Below, piece by piece: positions 39,317 through 48,140 of a stretch of 58,558 bases of DNA (positions within the stretch are counted from its first letter, which is position 1; each line of letters begins with the position of its first letter). Both the position numbers and the translations under genes were made by a program. The DNA lies in the NCBI GenBank assembly GCA_964572445.1, contig CAZNFV010000001.1:1-58558 (forward strand), in the 5' to 3' direction. The DNA is from an uncultured Novosphingobium sp. (lineage in GTDB: Bacteria; Pseudomonadota; Alphaproteobacteria; Sphingomonadales; Sphingomonadaceae). Below the pieces are notes generated by a model that made no database searches, was not told where the DNA came from, and saw nothing but the letters and a program-made list of their open reading frames with translations.

Positions 39317-39327
39317 CAAAGACAGGA

Positions 39328-39756
39328 TTATTCGGCCAGGCTGGTGCGCGCTTCTTCGGCCAGTTCGGAATAGCGGTGGGCCACGGCATCCAGCACTTCG
39401 GCCGAGAACTCAGCTGCAGCTGCGCGCGAGCGGGCCATTTCTGCGATGAAGCCATCGCTTAAGGCCCGCATGTAATCGAATTGGGTCGCCATGAAGTCAG
39501 CCGGGGTGGCGGCTTCGGCCACGGATTTGAATGCTGCATTGGCCTGATCGATGTGGGCGCGGGCCAGATCCTGCATCCGCTTGGCGGCCTGATCGGCATA
39601 AGCGGTCGATAGCTTCGACAGTTCTGCGCCGGCTTCCAGATTGCCTTTGTGCAGCGCTACCATCCGCTCGTTCACAAGGGTCGCGTTGACCATTGCGTTG
39701 TTGAGATGTCCCGCTGCGGCTTGGGCAATATCGTCGCTCATGGTTTTCTTGGTCAT
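39328..39756 (-). CDS. Phasin-like PHA granule protein
   Basis: Ala-rich helical sequence with KGNLEA and ATPADFMATQFDYMR phasin-like pattern; AGAGGAG RBS; follows bdhA. Confidence 0.7.
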   Translation of the reverse strand: MTKKTMSDDIAQAAAGHLNNAMVNATLVNERMVALHKGNLEAGAELSKLSTAYADQAAKRMQDLARAHIDQANAAFKSVAEAATPADFMATQFDYMRALSDGFIAEMARSRAAAAEFSAEVLDAVAHRYSELAEEARTSLAE

Positions 39757-39787
39757 CGCTATACTCCTCTCAAATGACACTGCGGGA

Positions 39788-40573
39788 TCAGGCGGCGGTC
39801 CAGCCGCCGTCGATCAAGATGTTCGCCCCGGTAATGTTGATGGCGGCCTTCGAGCATAGGAACACACAGGTTCCAGCCACTTCCTCGACGGTCACGAATT
39901 GCTTGGTGGGCTGCGCATGGAGCAGCACGTCCTGGATCACCTGTTCACGCGTCAATCCACGCGAAGCCATGGTCTCAGGAATTTGCTGTTCGACCAGCGG
40001 CGTCCACACGTAACCGGGTGAGACGCAATTGACCGTAACCCCGTCGGCCGCTGCTTCCAGCGCCACGGTCTTGGTCAAGCCATCGATCCCATGCTTGGCC
40101 GAAACGTAGGCCGACTTGAACGGCGAGGCGACTTTCGAATGGGCCGAAGCCGTGTTGATGATCCGCCCCCACTTGCGCTGGCGCATCCCCGGCAGCGCGG
40201 CCTGGATGGCGTGGAACGCCGCGGTGAGGTTAATGGCGATGATCTGCTCCCACTTGTCGGCAGGGAAGGTCTCAATCGGCGAAACGAACTGGATACCAGC
40301 GTTGTTGACCAGGATATCGACGGCGCCGAATTTTTGCTCAGTTTGCGCCACCATCTCGCGAATGGCCGGGCCGCTAAGCATGTTCGCGTCGGAATAGTGG
40401 CAGCCAACGCCAAACTCCTGCTCGATCCCGGCGCGCTCCGTTTCGACTGCGGCTGCATCGCCCAGGCCATTAATCACGACATTGGCGCCTTCAGCAGCGA
40501 ATGCCTTGGCGATCGCCAGCCCGATCCCTGAGGTCGAGCCGGTAACGATCGCGGTCTTGCCGGCGAGGATCAT
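39788..40573 (-). CDS. bdhA: D-3-hydroxybutyrate dehydrogenase
   Basis: TGSTSGIG, NNAGIQFVSPIE, SAHSKVASPFKSAYVSAKHG, TPLVEQQI. Confidence 0.92.
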   Translation of the reverse strand: MILAGKTAIVTGSTSGIGLAIAKAFAAEGANVVINGLGDAAAVETERAGIEQEFGVGCHYSDANMLSGPAIREMVAQTEQKFGAVDILVNNAGIQFVSPIETFPADKWEQIIAINLTAAFHAIQAALPGMRQRKWGRIINTASAHSKVASPFKSAYVSAKHGIDGLTKTVALEAAADGVTVNCVSPGYVWTPLVEQQIPETMASRGLTREQVIQDVLLHAQPTKQFVTVEEVAGTCVFLCSKAAINITGANILIDGGWTAA

Positions 40574-41082
40574 TTGCTGGTCGCTGCAGTAGCGATCGAC
40601 ATGGCAACTTCGCTGGCCATCTTGATCTGCGGAGCCCGGTCAGTGATGCCATAGCGGCGCCCGATAACCTCAAACCTGGTCCAGGTGACGGTGACCTTGT
40701 GGTTGGCATCTTCGAACACGAGCATCCGCACCGGCCAATCCAGTCCGGCATAAGGGCTCGACTGCAGGAACTGCACGCCCAGCGGCGGATTGCCGAAGAT
40801 GATCAGCGTGGAACGCTGCACTGGCAGGCCCACCTGGGCGCCAAGCGCCGCCTGATCGATCTGATCGAACAACCGGATTCCCTTGGCCGCGACATCGGCT
40901 TTCAGGCGAACCACCGTTTCGTCAAAATGATTGGCGCTTTCAAGCTGCTGCACGTCGGCAGGAATGGCCGCAGCTACCGGGGCAGGTGCCGGGCGGGCTT
41001 CAGCCAATGCTGGTGCGGCCGCGGCCAGGAATGCGCCCAGCGAAAGGCCAGTGAGCAAACGCGAAAGGTGGTTTTGGGGCAT
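40570..41082 (-). CDS. Exported DUF302 protein
   Basis: Signal peptide (APALA), FDETV, IDQAA, IFGNPPLG, GLDWPVRMLV. Confidence 0.85.
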   Translation of the reverse strand: MPQNHLSRLLTGLSLGAFLAAAAPALAEARPAPAPVAAAIPADVQQLESANHFDETVVRLKADVAAKGIRLFDQIDQAALGAQVGLPVQRSTLIIFGNPPLGVQFLQSSPYAGLDWPVRMLVFEDANHKVTVTWTRFEVIGRRYGITDRAPQIKMASEVAMSIATAATSK

Positions 41083-41129
41083 GAACTTGTCTCCAGGCTG
41101 ATAGGATGGAATTGACTGGCCGTGCGGGG

Positions 41130-42293
41130 TTAGCCTTCGGCGGCCGGGGTTTTGACGGGCTCGCCCGCCATGGTTTCGTGCAGGACAAAGCCTTCGAGCG
41201 GATCGACCGGTTCGCGCCATTGCGCGAGTTCGATGGCTTTGCGGGTGTGCTCGTATCCGGCCTCTGACCGGTCAGCGATCCCGTGCGTTGAGAAATCGAC
41301 GTCCTTGGTGTGATCCTCGTCATCCAGCTGGGGTGCCAGCAAGCGCAGAACATGGATCCGCGTTTCGCAACCATAGCTTCGCAGGGCATCAACGTCGGCC
41401 GCAAAGGGCGAATCTGCGGGAACCTTGTCTGCCAGTTGCTGGATGACATGCCGCAACCGGTGGAGCTGCCGCTGCCGCTTGATGTGCGACGTGGCCCGGC
41501 TGGCGTACTGGATGTCCTTCTGGCGGTTCATCACCTGCCAGATGGTGTCAGGCTCTGTCCCGTGGGGGTTCCATAGATGGACAGCAAAGACCACCGAGTT
41601 TTGCCGCGGCTCATCGTCGAACACGGCCTCAACCGGCGTGTTCGAGACGATCCCGCCATCCCAGTAGAGTTCGCCATCGATCCTGACGCCGGGGAAGGCG
41701 GGGGGCAAGGCGCCCGACGCCATGATGTGGTTCGCTGAAAGACGGGTGCGCTGCGTATCGAAATAGCACATTTCGGCGGTCTGGATCCGGGCCGCACCAA
41801 CTGTCGTGCGCATTTCACCATTGTTGAGGCGGTCGAAATCAACCAGCTCCTCAAGCGTCTTGCGCAGCGGTTCGGTCGAATAATAGCCGGCGCTTTCAGC
41901 ACCCAGCGGCAGATGCGGGTTCATAAAGGCCAGCGGGCGCGGCGTGAAGAAGTTCGGGATGCCGGCCATCATGGTTTGCATCGTCCGGAGCGAGTTGGAC
42001 CAAAGTCCGCGCGGTTGCTGCAGCAGCTGGGTGTGTTCAATGCGGCGCCAGAATTCGCGCAGGGCGTCCATGCGTTTTTCCGGCGGGTTGCCGGCAATCA
42101 GCGCGGCGTTGATCGCGCCGATCGAAGTGCCGATCACCCAGTCCGGCTCAATCCCAGCTTCGTGCAGGGCCTGATAGACGCCGACCTGATAGGCACCCAG
42201 TGCGCCACCACCCTGCAGCACCAGCACAATCTGGCCCAGGCCTTTTAGTTCTGCTCGTAATCCGTCCGAAGAAACCTTCTGCTCGCTTGGCAT
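41130..42293 (-). CDS. Patatin-like esterase with DUF3734 C-terminus (candidate PHB depolymerase)
   Basis: QGGGALG, GTSIG (GxSxG), WDGG, KDIQYASR, KDVDFS. Confidence 0.9.
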   Translation of the reverse strand: MPSEQKVSSDGLRAELKGLGQIVLVLQGGGALGAYQVGVYQALHEAGIEPDWVIGTSIGAINAALIAGNPPEKRMDALREFWRRIEHTQLLQQPRGLWSNSLRTMQTMMAGIPNFFTPRPLAFMNPHLPLGAESAGYYSTEPLRKTLEELVDFDRLNNGEMRTTVGAARIQTAEMCYFDTQRTRLSANHIMASGALPPAFPGVRIDGELYWDGGIVSNTPVEAVFDDEPRQNSVVFAVHLWNPHGTEPDTIWQVMNRQKDIQYASRATSHIKRQRQLHRLRHVIQQLADKVPADSPFAADVDALRSYGCETRIHVLRLLAPQLDDEDHTKDVDFSTHGIADRSEAGYEHTRKAIELAQWREPVDPLEGFVLHETMAGEPVKTPAAEG

Positions 42294-42360
42294 GTACGCA
42301 CTCCGGATGTGGCCAGCGCAATCAGAGCGCCGCACTGGACCTAAGGGTTGTGCAGGGAAG

Positions 42361-42386
42361 TTCGTGCGGGTTTAAGGTTTGGTTAC
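42361..42386 (-). promoter_or_regulatory. SigF-type promoter P3 (patatin-DUF302-bdhA-phasin)
   Basis: GTAACC-aaaccttaaacccgca(16)-CGAA on the minus strand. Confidence 0.8.
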
Positions 42387-42402
42387 AATCGTCTGCGGCA
42401 AA

Positions 42403-42428
42403 GTAACCTTATGGTGGGCACGGCCGAA
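42403..42428 (+). promoter_or_regulatory. SigF-type promoter P4 (cupin)
   Basis: GTAACC-ttatggtgggcacggc(16)-CGAA. Confidence 0.8.
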
Positions 42429-42514
42429 ATAGCGACCGGGGGTGCGAGACGTTCTCCCGGCCTTGATGCGCATGCCACGATGCCCGGGGCCTTTCTGATC
42501 AGATGGAGAATCCA

Positions 42515-42961
42515 ATGAACAAAGTGCATCTTCTGGGAATCGCAATGGCGGCCAGCGTGTTTGGCGCTTCACCCGCATTGGCGGGCAGCTGCCCGGCGGA
42601 TCAGATCGGCCAGAACCCGCTGACGGGCGCAGCCACCAAGGGCAAAGCCGTCACTGATACCGTCATCGGCTCGGTTGATCTGGGGCCTGAAATCAAGGTT
42701 GATGGCCGCAGCCTGCGTCTGCGGATGCTGGTGGTCCAGCCGGGCGGCGTCGTGCCGATGCATAGCCACGTTGACCGTCCCGCGCTGATCATGACCGCCA
42801 GCGGTACGATGACCGAATATCGCAGCTCTTGCCTGACCCCGATCGTGCACGCTGCCGGCGAAGTCGCGCAGGAATCGGGCGGCATCTCGCACTGGTGGAA
42901 GAACAATGGCGATACGGTCGCCGTGCTCTATTCGGCCGACGTCCACAACGACAAGAACTAA
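42515..42961 (+). CDS. Exported cupin-domain protein
   Basis: Signal peptide, PGGVVPMHSH..RP, EYR, HWWKN; two Cys; GGAG RBS. Confidence 0.85.
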   Translation: MNKVHLLGIAMAASVFGASPALAGSCPADQIGQNPLTGAATKGKAVTDTVIGSVDLGPEIKVDGRSLRLRMLVVQPGGVVPMHSHVDRPALIMTASGTMTEYRSSCLTPIVHAAGEVAQESGGISHWWKNNGDTVAVLYSADVHNDKN

Positions 42962-42993
42962 GCCGCACAAGGCGGTTCAGGATCGTCCGATCC

Positions 42994-43029
42994 AGCGGCC
43001 TGCGCCCGGGAGACCGGGGGCGGGCCGCT
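42994..43029. terminator. Hairpin between convergent cupin and yeeE-like genes
   Basis: AGCGGCCTGCGCCCGG-GAGA-CCGGGGGCGGGCCGCT. Confidence 0.6.
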
Positions 43030-43040
43030 TCACTTTCAGG

Positions 43041-43997
43041 CTAAGCAGTGCTTTTGGGAAGGAAGCGCTGGGACCAGATCGCCAGCGCGATCACCGCCAC
43101 CATCGTGGCCAGCGCCACCAATGCATAAGGCATCAGGAATGGCAGTCCGACCAGCACCAGTCCATCGTTGCCGCCAGGGACCAAGGCTCCGCCCACACCC
43201 ATCATTGCGCCACCGATCAGGCAGGTCTTGATCCGGGTGCTGGTCGGCTTGATCCAACCGACCATGCCATGCCGAAAGCCGCCCAGCCGCGATCCCAGCA
43301 AAAGCGCGGCGAAGAGGGCAATCCGCCAGGCGGTATCGTCCAGCTTGCCTTTCGCAAGGTCAGACAACAGCTCCGGATAGGTCCAATGACCCACTCCGAG
43401 CAGCATGACGGCAAAAGTGATTCCGATGACCAATGTCGCCTCGTGCGGATCCCACAACGTCGGGGCACCGTGGGGGCGATCGCGCACGGCTGTCCACCAG
43501 AGCACCCGGGCCAATCTTGCCAAGGCATAAAGCGCCATTGCACTCAATACGATGGTAGGCAGGTGCGGGGCTGACCCCATGTCTGGCAGGGCTGCGGGCT
43601 CAACCTTGAACGCCAGGTCAAACAGCTTCACCCCGGCGAAATAGCCAAACGGCGTGAGCAGGAAAACATACTCTCCCGAACCAAGCCGGGCGACCGATCC
43701 GAAGACGCAGGCACCGTTCACATAAGCCCCCAGGCCCAGCAAGGCGCCGCCGAGCACTGTATAGTGGCTCACTCCATAGGGCGTTGCTCCTAACGGAGAC
43801 TGCGCGACCAACCCGGCGATCATCAACATGACCGCAACCCATAGCCCTGCCTCCAGCATGGCGATCAGGCGGTTCGCGCGGCGCTTTTGGATGAGTTCTG
43901 AAATTGCATAGACAGTGCAGGTTGCGCCGCTCTGGATCGCGTAGCCCATCATGGCGGCGCAAATCACGGCAATCGCGAAGGCAATGGAAATATTCAT
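43041..43997 (-). CDS. YeeE/YedE-family sulfur-compound transporter
   Basis: Multi-TM, MGYAIQSGATC, GGALLGLGAYVNGACVFG, GGAMMGVGGALVPGGND; likely ATG 43997 after GGAG. Confidence 0.85.
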   Translation of the reverse strand: MNISIAFAIAVICAAMMGYAIQSGATCTVYAISELIQKRRANRLIAMLEAGLWVAVMLMIAGLVAQSPLGATPYGVSHYTVLGGALLGLGAYVNGACVFGSVARLGSGEYVFLLTPFGYFAGVKLFDLAFKVEPAALPDMGSAPHLPTIVLSAMALYALARLARVLWWTAVRDRPHGAPTLWDPHEATLVIGITFAVMLLGVGHWTYPELLSDLAKGKLDDTAWRIALFAALLLGSRLGGFRHGMVGWIKPTSTRIKTCLIGGAMMGVGGALVPGGNDGLVLVGLPFLMPYALVALATMVAVIALAIWSQRFLPKSTA

Positions 43998-44136
43998 CAA
44001 GGTCTCCATGCCGCAGCCTTCGATCCTGACCAAAGTGGCGGCGAGCCGGTGCGGGTTGGGCGTGGGAGCTCGGGCGCTGAAATGCATCCGGCATTCCAAG
44101 CGCATCGGCGCGATACACCGGGAAGGCGTCTTGCTT

Positions 44137-44162
44137 TTCGTTTGCGCGTTGAAATTGGTTAC
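44137..44162 (-). promoter_or_regulatory. SigF-type promoter P5 (yeeE-like gene)
   Basis: GTAACC-aatttcaacgcgcaaa(16)-CGAA on the minus strand. Confidence 0.78.
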
Positions 44163-44256
44163 AAATGATTGTCGCGGAGAAGCTCGCGCCGGCGCCCGAG
44201 CGCCAAACGGCGCTGACGCGGGGAGCATTGCAATGGACCAAGCTGGCGGGGGGAAG

Positions 44257-44331
44257 TGGTGGGCGCGACAGGGATTGAACCTGTGACCCCACCCGTGTGA
44301 AGGGTGTGCTCTACCGCTGAGCTACGCGCCC
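44257..44331 (-). tRNA. tRNA-Val(CAC)
   Basis: GGGCGCGTAGCTCAGCGGTAGAGC...CACCC-TT-CAC-AC-GGGTG...GGTTCAATCC...CGCGCCCACCA, 75 nt. Confidence 0.96.
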
Positions 44332-44407
44332 ACTTCCGTGCGGAGCAGCGCCCTTAGAAGGAGCCGTGCGAATTGACAAGCAGGGAAAGCCGGATAGAGG
44401 CCGAGGC

Positions 44408-44722
44408 ATGACCGAAGAAACCCCTGCAGCGCCGCACGCCACTCCAGCCTCGGCCGGCGCCGACGTACCGCCCGATCGCCTTGCGATCAGCCCCCGCAGC
44501 CCATGGTTCAACCAGGACGTGCTGGTGCGCGGCGTTGGCATCCGCTTCAAGGGCGTGGTGCGCACCAATGTTGAGGAATACTCGATCAGCGAAGGCTGGG
44601 TGCGGGTTCAGGCGGGCAAGACCATGGATCGCCACGGCCAGCCGCTGACGCTGAAGCTGAATGGTCCGGTTGAAGCCTGGTTCGAAGACCTGGGTGAAAA
44701 CGCGCCGGTGGCGAAAGTCTAA
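44408..44722 (+). CDS. DUF3297-family protein
   Basis: PPDRL..PRSP, GVGIRFKG..RTNVEEY.ISEGWVRV, GPVEAWF. Confidence 0.85.
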   Translation: MTEETPAAPHATPASAGADVPPDRLAISPRSPWFNQDVLVRGVGIRFKGVVRTNVEEYSISEGWVRVQAGKTMDRHGQPLTLKLNGPVEAWFEDLGENAPVAKV

Positions 44723-45378
44723 ATTCCGAGTTCGCGTTTGATGATCGCCGCGATGGGGTCCCCGTCGCGGACCGCAAACTCGGCCGTGGCTGGCCGATTG
44801 GCCCGGGCCAGCACTGGTTCGCGAACCAGCGCCGGGCGGCCACGCAATTGCTCCGTCTTGCTGGGCTTGGAGCCATAGATAAAGCCGGCGAGCGGCCATT
44901 GCGTGGTGCCGAGCGCTTGGCTGGGACCGTACCAGACGCGCACGGCGCTCCAGTCATTGTCGGGCGAAACATCAACTGCACGGACATTGTCTTCGATTTG
45001 TCCGCGGCGGCCGTTGATCGGGCTCCAGTTGGCATGCCGAATCAGCACAGTGCGCGAATCGATCACTTTGCTGACGGCTGCAACGTGGCCCAATCGCGAG
45101 TTCCCATTGGGACGGAAGGCCATCACCGCGCCGACCTTTGGCTTGGCTCCGCGGGCATAGCGGCCGTCGGCCTGGTCCCACCAGGTGTGGGCATCGCCGT
45201 AAATCTGGATGCCCGAAACGGTCCGCGCATAAGGCACACATTGCAAATAAGGCGGCAGACCATCCACCGCCGCGCCGCCCGCATCGCGATCATCGATATC
45301 GATGGCGCGGGCGTGCAGTGGGCTTGCGGCCATGACCAGCAACAGGGCGGCGGGAAGGAGCGATCGGAGCGACAACAT
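44719..45378 (-). CDS. Exported CHAP-domain peptidoglycan hydrolase
   Basis: Signal peptide, LQCVPYAR, GDAHTWW, GHVAAV, HANW. Confidence 0.9.
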   Translation of the reverse strand: MLSLRSLLPAALLLVMAASPLHARAIDIDDRDAGGAAVDGLPPYLQCVPYARTVSGIQIYGDAHTWWDQADGRYARGAKPKVGAVMAFRPNGNSRLGHVAAVSKVIDSRTVLIRHANWSPINGRRGQIEDNVRAVDVSPDNDWSAVRVWYGPSQALGTTQWPLAGFIYGSKPSKTEQLRGRPALVREPVLARANRPATAEFAVRDGDPIAAIIKRELGI

Positions 45379-45493
45379 GATGCGCCTTTTGACCGATCAC
45401 GGTTAACGCACGGATTGCCGGTAAGGTTAAAGCCATAGCAAGGATCAACAGTGCGGCTTGCAAATTGGCTGCGGAACGGTCAGGGCTAATGCC

Positions 45494-46891
45494 GTGAAAC
45501 TCCCCCAGGTCATTATCATCGGGCGCCCGAATGTCGGCAAGTCCACGCTGTGGAACCGGCTCGTCGGCAAGAAGCTCGCGCTGGTTGACGATCAACCCGG
45601 CGTGACGCGCGATCGCCGTCTTGGCGATGCACACCTGCTGGGCCTTGATTTTACCATCGTCGATACGGCCGGCTGGGAAGATGAAGATGCCGCCAGCCTG
45701 CCGGGCCGGATGCGCCAGCAGACCGAGGCTGCGCTGGTTGGTGCGGATGTTGCGCTGTTCGTGATTGATGCGCGCGCTGGCCTTACGCCGATGGACGAGG
45801 AAATCGGCCAGCACTTGCGCCAGTGTGATGTGCCGGTGGTGCTGGTGGCCAACAAGGCTGAAGGCAAGGCTGGTGATCATGGCCTTTACGAGGCTTTCTC
45901 GCTCGGTTTGGGTGATCCCGTCCCGCTGTCGGCCGAGCATGGCCAGGGCCTGGCTGACCTGTTCGAGGCACTGCTGCCGCACCTCAATGATCGCCAGCTG
46001 GAAATGGACGCCGAAGCGGCCATCGCGGCCGATCTTGAAGGTGAAGAAGAGTACGATCCCAAAGCCGTGCTCAAGCTGGCGATTGTCGGGCGACCGAACG
46101 CCGGAAAATCGACGCTGATCAACCGCGTGCTGAAGGAAGACCGGCTGCTGACCGGCCCCGAGGCCGGAATTACCCGCGATTCAATCGCGATCGATTGGGA
46201 CTGGCGAGATCCAGACAGCGACGAAGTCCGCCCCGTCCGGCTGATCGATACGGCTGGCATGCGCAAGAAGGCGCTGGTGGTCGACAAGCTGGAAAAGATG
46301 GCCGTGGCCGATGCGCGCCATGCGATCGATTTTGCCGAAGTTGTCGTGCTGCTGCTGGATGCCACGCGCGGACTGGAGCATCAGGATCTCAAGATCGCCA
46401 GCATGGTCCTTGAAGAAGGCCGCGCGCTGATGATTGTGATCAACAAGTGGGACATCGCGGAAGACGCCTCCGGCCTGTTCAACGGCATCCGCGGCGCGCT
46501 TGAAGATGGCCTGAGCCAGGTCAAGGGCTTGCCGCTGCTGGCGGTTTCTGCCCGCACTGGCAAAGGTTTGGACGAGATGATCCGCGTGGCCTTCGATCTG
46601 CGCGATTCCTGGTCCAAGCGCGTGCCGACCGCCGCGCTCAATCGCTGGTTCGATGATGCCCTGGGCAAGAACCCGCCGCCCGCCCCGGGCGGGCGCCGGA
46701 TCAAGCTGCGCTATATCACGCAGGCCAAGACCCGCCCGCCGGGCTTCGTGCTGTTCGGCACCCGGCTGGACGAACTGCCCAACAGCTATCAGCGCTATCT
46801 GGTCAACAGCCTGCGCCGCGAGCTGGGCTTTGATGCCGTGCCGGTGCGCTTAATGCTGCGCACGCCGAAGAACCCCTTCGCCAAGAAGTAA
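45494..46891 (+). CDS. der: Ribosome biogenesis GTPase Der (EngA)
   Basis: Two GTPase domains (GRPNVGKST, GRPNAGKST, DTAG twice), KLRYITQ, YLVNSLR; likely GTG 45494. Confidence 0.96.
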   Translation: MKLPQVIIIGRPNVGKSTLWNRLVGKKLALVDDQPGVTRDRRLGDAHLLGLDFTIVDTAGWEDEDAASLPGRMRQQTEAALVGADVALFVIDARAGLTPMDEEIGQHLRQCDVPVVLVANKAEGKAGDHGLYEAFSLGLGDPVPLSAEHGQGLADLFEALLPHLNDRQLEMDAEAAIAADLEGEEEYDPKAVLKLAIVGRPNAGKSTLINRVLKEDRLLTGPEAGITRDSIAIDWDWRDPDSDEVRPVRLIDTAGMRKKALVVDKLEKMAVADARHAIDFAEVVVLLLDATRGLEHQDLKIASMVLEEGRALMIVINKWDIAEDASGLFNGIRGALEDGLSQVKGLPLLAVSARTGKGLDEMIRVAFDLRDSWSKRVPTAALNRWFDDALGKNPPPAPGGRRIKLRYITQAKTRPPGFVLFGTRLDELPNSYQRYLVNSLRRELGFDAVPVRLMLRTPKNPFAKK

Positions 46892-46900
46892 GCTAAGCGG

Positions 46901-48139
46901 TCAAAACCGGCGGGCGAACGGCATGCGGCGGCCCTCGGTAAGTGACCGCCACAGCCATTCGACCGGGCCTTGCCGGTGGCGGGCTAGCCAGGGTTTGCTC
47001 CAGGCCAGCATGACCACCCAGCCGAGCAGGACAAAGCACCACTGCGCCAAGGGGGCAATGCGCCCGGCCAGGCCCAATCCCCAGCCGAAAAAGCAGAATG
47101 CCATGATCACCGAGGTCAGCAGATAATTGCTTAGCGCCATCTGCCCGGCGGCGTGCAGTCGCTGGCCCAACCGGCTGGTAAGCAGTCTGGGGGCGGCCAG
47201 CACCAGCAGCGCGGCCCAGGCCAGGGTGAGGGCAAGATGCTGCGGCCCGGCCCCGCCGATCAACAGCTGGAACATGGCATCAGTCGGAAAGCCGCGGCTC
47301 CACGCCCAGCCCGCCTGAACAATCGCCAGCGGCAGGCCCAAGGCCAGGCCGCCGGTTGCCAGCTTCCACAAACTGGCGTCGGACCAGCCACCGCTGAAGA
47401 ATCCCGTGCGGTGCAGCGCCATGCCCAGCAGCATTAGCGGCACAGTCTCCCCAATCGACAGCAGCGTCACGACCAGCGGCATGTAGAGCGTTTCGTTAAA
47501 GCGATCCGCCAGCATGATGAAGTAGGGTTTGCGCAGCGTATTCACTTCATCCAGCGCTTGGGCGGCAACGGCGTGGGACTGGCTGCGCACTGCGGCGCGG
47601 GTGACTGGATCAGCCCGGCCATCATGAACGGCCTCCGCGGCGGTCAGGCTTGACCAGCCCGCCACGGTGAAGGCCGCATGCCACAAGGTGAAGCCAGCCA
47701 GTGCCACGACCACCAGCCGGCGCACCGGCCAGTGCCGCAGCGCCAGCGCGATCGGTGCGAGCATGGCGTAAAGCATCAGGATGTCCCCGCTCCACAGCAC
47801 CAGCTGGTGAACATAGCCGATCAGGAACAACCAGCCGAGCCGCCGCAATTGCCAAGAGCTGCCATCACTGCCGTCCGCGTCGCGCCGATCAACGAACAAC
47901 AGCATCGATGCACCGAACAACAGAGTGAACAGCCCGCGCATCTTGCCTTCGAACAGGACCAGCCCGGTGGCAAAGGCCAGACTGTCCAACGTGCCGACAT
48001 GGCCCAGCAGGTTCGGGCTAAGCACGGCTAACGAACCGCCGGCAAAGCTGGCGATGTTGATTGCCAGAATGCCCAGCACGGCAATTCCGCGCACCAGATC
48101 CAGCGCGGCGATCCGTTGGGGCGCCGCGCTGTCGCTCAT
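46901..48139 (-). CDS. DUF418 (YeiB-like) membrane protein
   Basis: RIAALDLVRGIAVLGIL, GKMRGLFTLLFG, GDILMLYA, GQMALSNY, QGPVEWLWR. Confidence 0.9.
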   Translation of the reverse strand: MSDSAAPQRIAALDLVRGIAVLGILAINIASFAGGSLAVLSPNLLGHVGTLDSLAFATGLVLFEGKMRGLFTLLFGASMLLFVDRRDADGSDGSSWQLRRLGWLFLIGYVHQLVLWSGDILMLYAMLAPIALALRHWPVRRLVVVALAGFTLWHAAFTVAGWSSLTAAEAVHDGRADPVTRAAVRSQSHAVAAQALDEVNTLRKPYFIMLADRFNETLYMPLVVTLLSIGETVPLMLLGMALHRTGFFSGGWSDASLWKLATGGLALGLPLAIVQAGWAWSRGFPTDAMFQLLIGGAGPQHLALTLAWAALLVLAAPRLLTSRLGQRLHAAGQMALSNYLLTSVIMAFCFFGWGLGLAGRIAPLAQWCFVLLGWVVMLAWSKPWLARHRQGPVEWLWRSLTEGRRMPFARRF

Positions 48140-48140
48140 C

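Noticed and set aside
42372..42386. TTAA-N7-TTAC CtrA-like box upstream of patatin
   Set aside because: Better explained as part of the perfect SigF-type promoter it overlaps
43998..44228. Long N-terminal extension of the YeeE-like ORF
   Set aside because: Spans the P5 promoter motif, is not hydrophobic, and a better RBS lies before 43997
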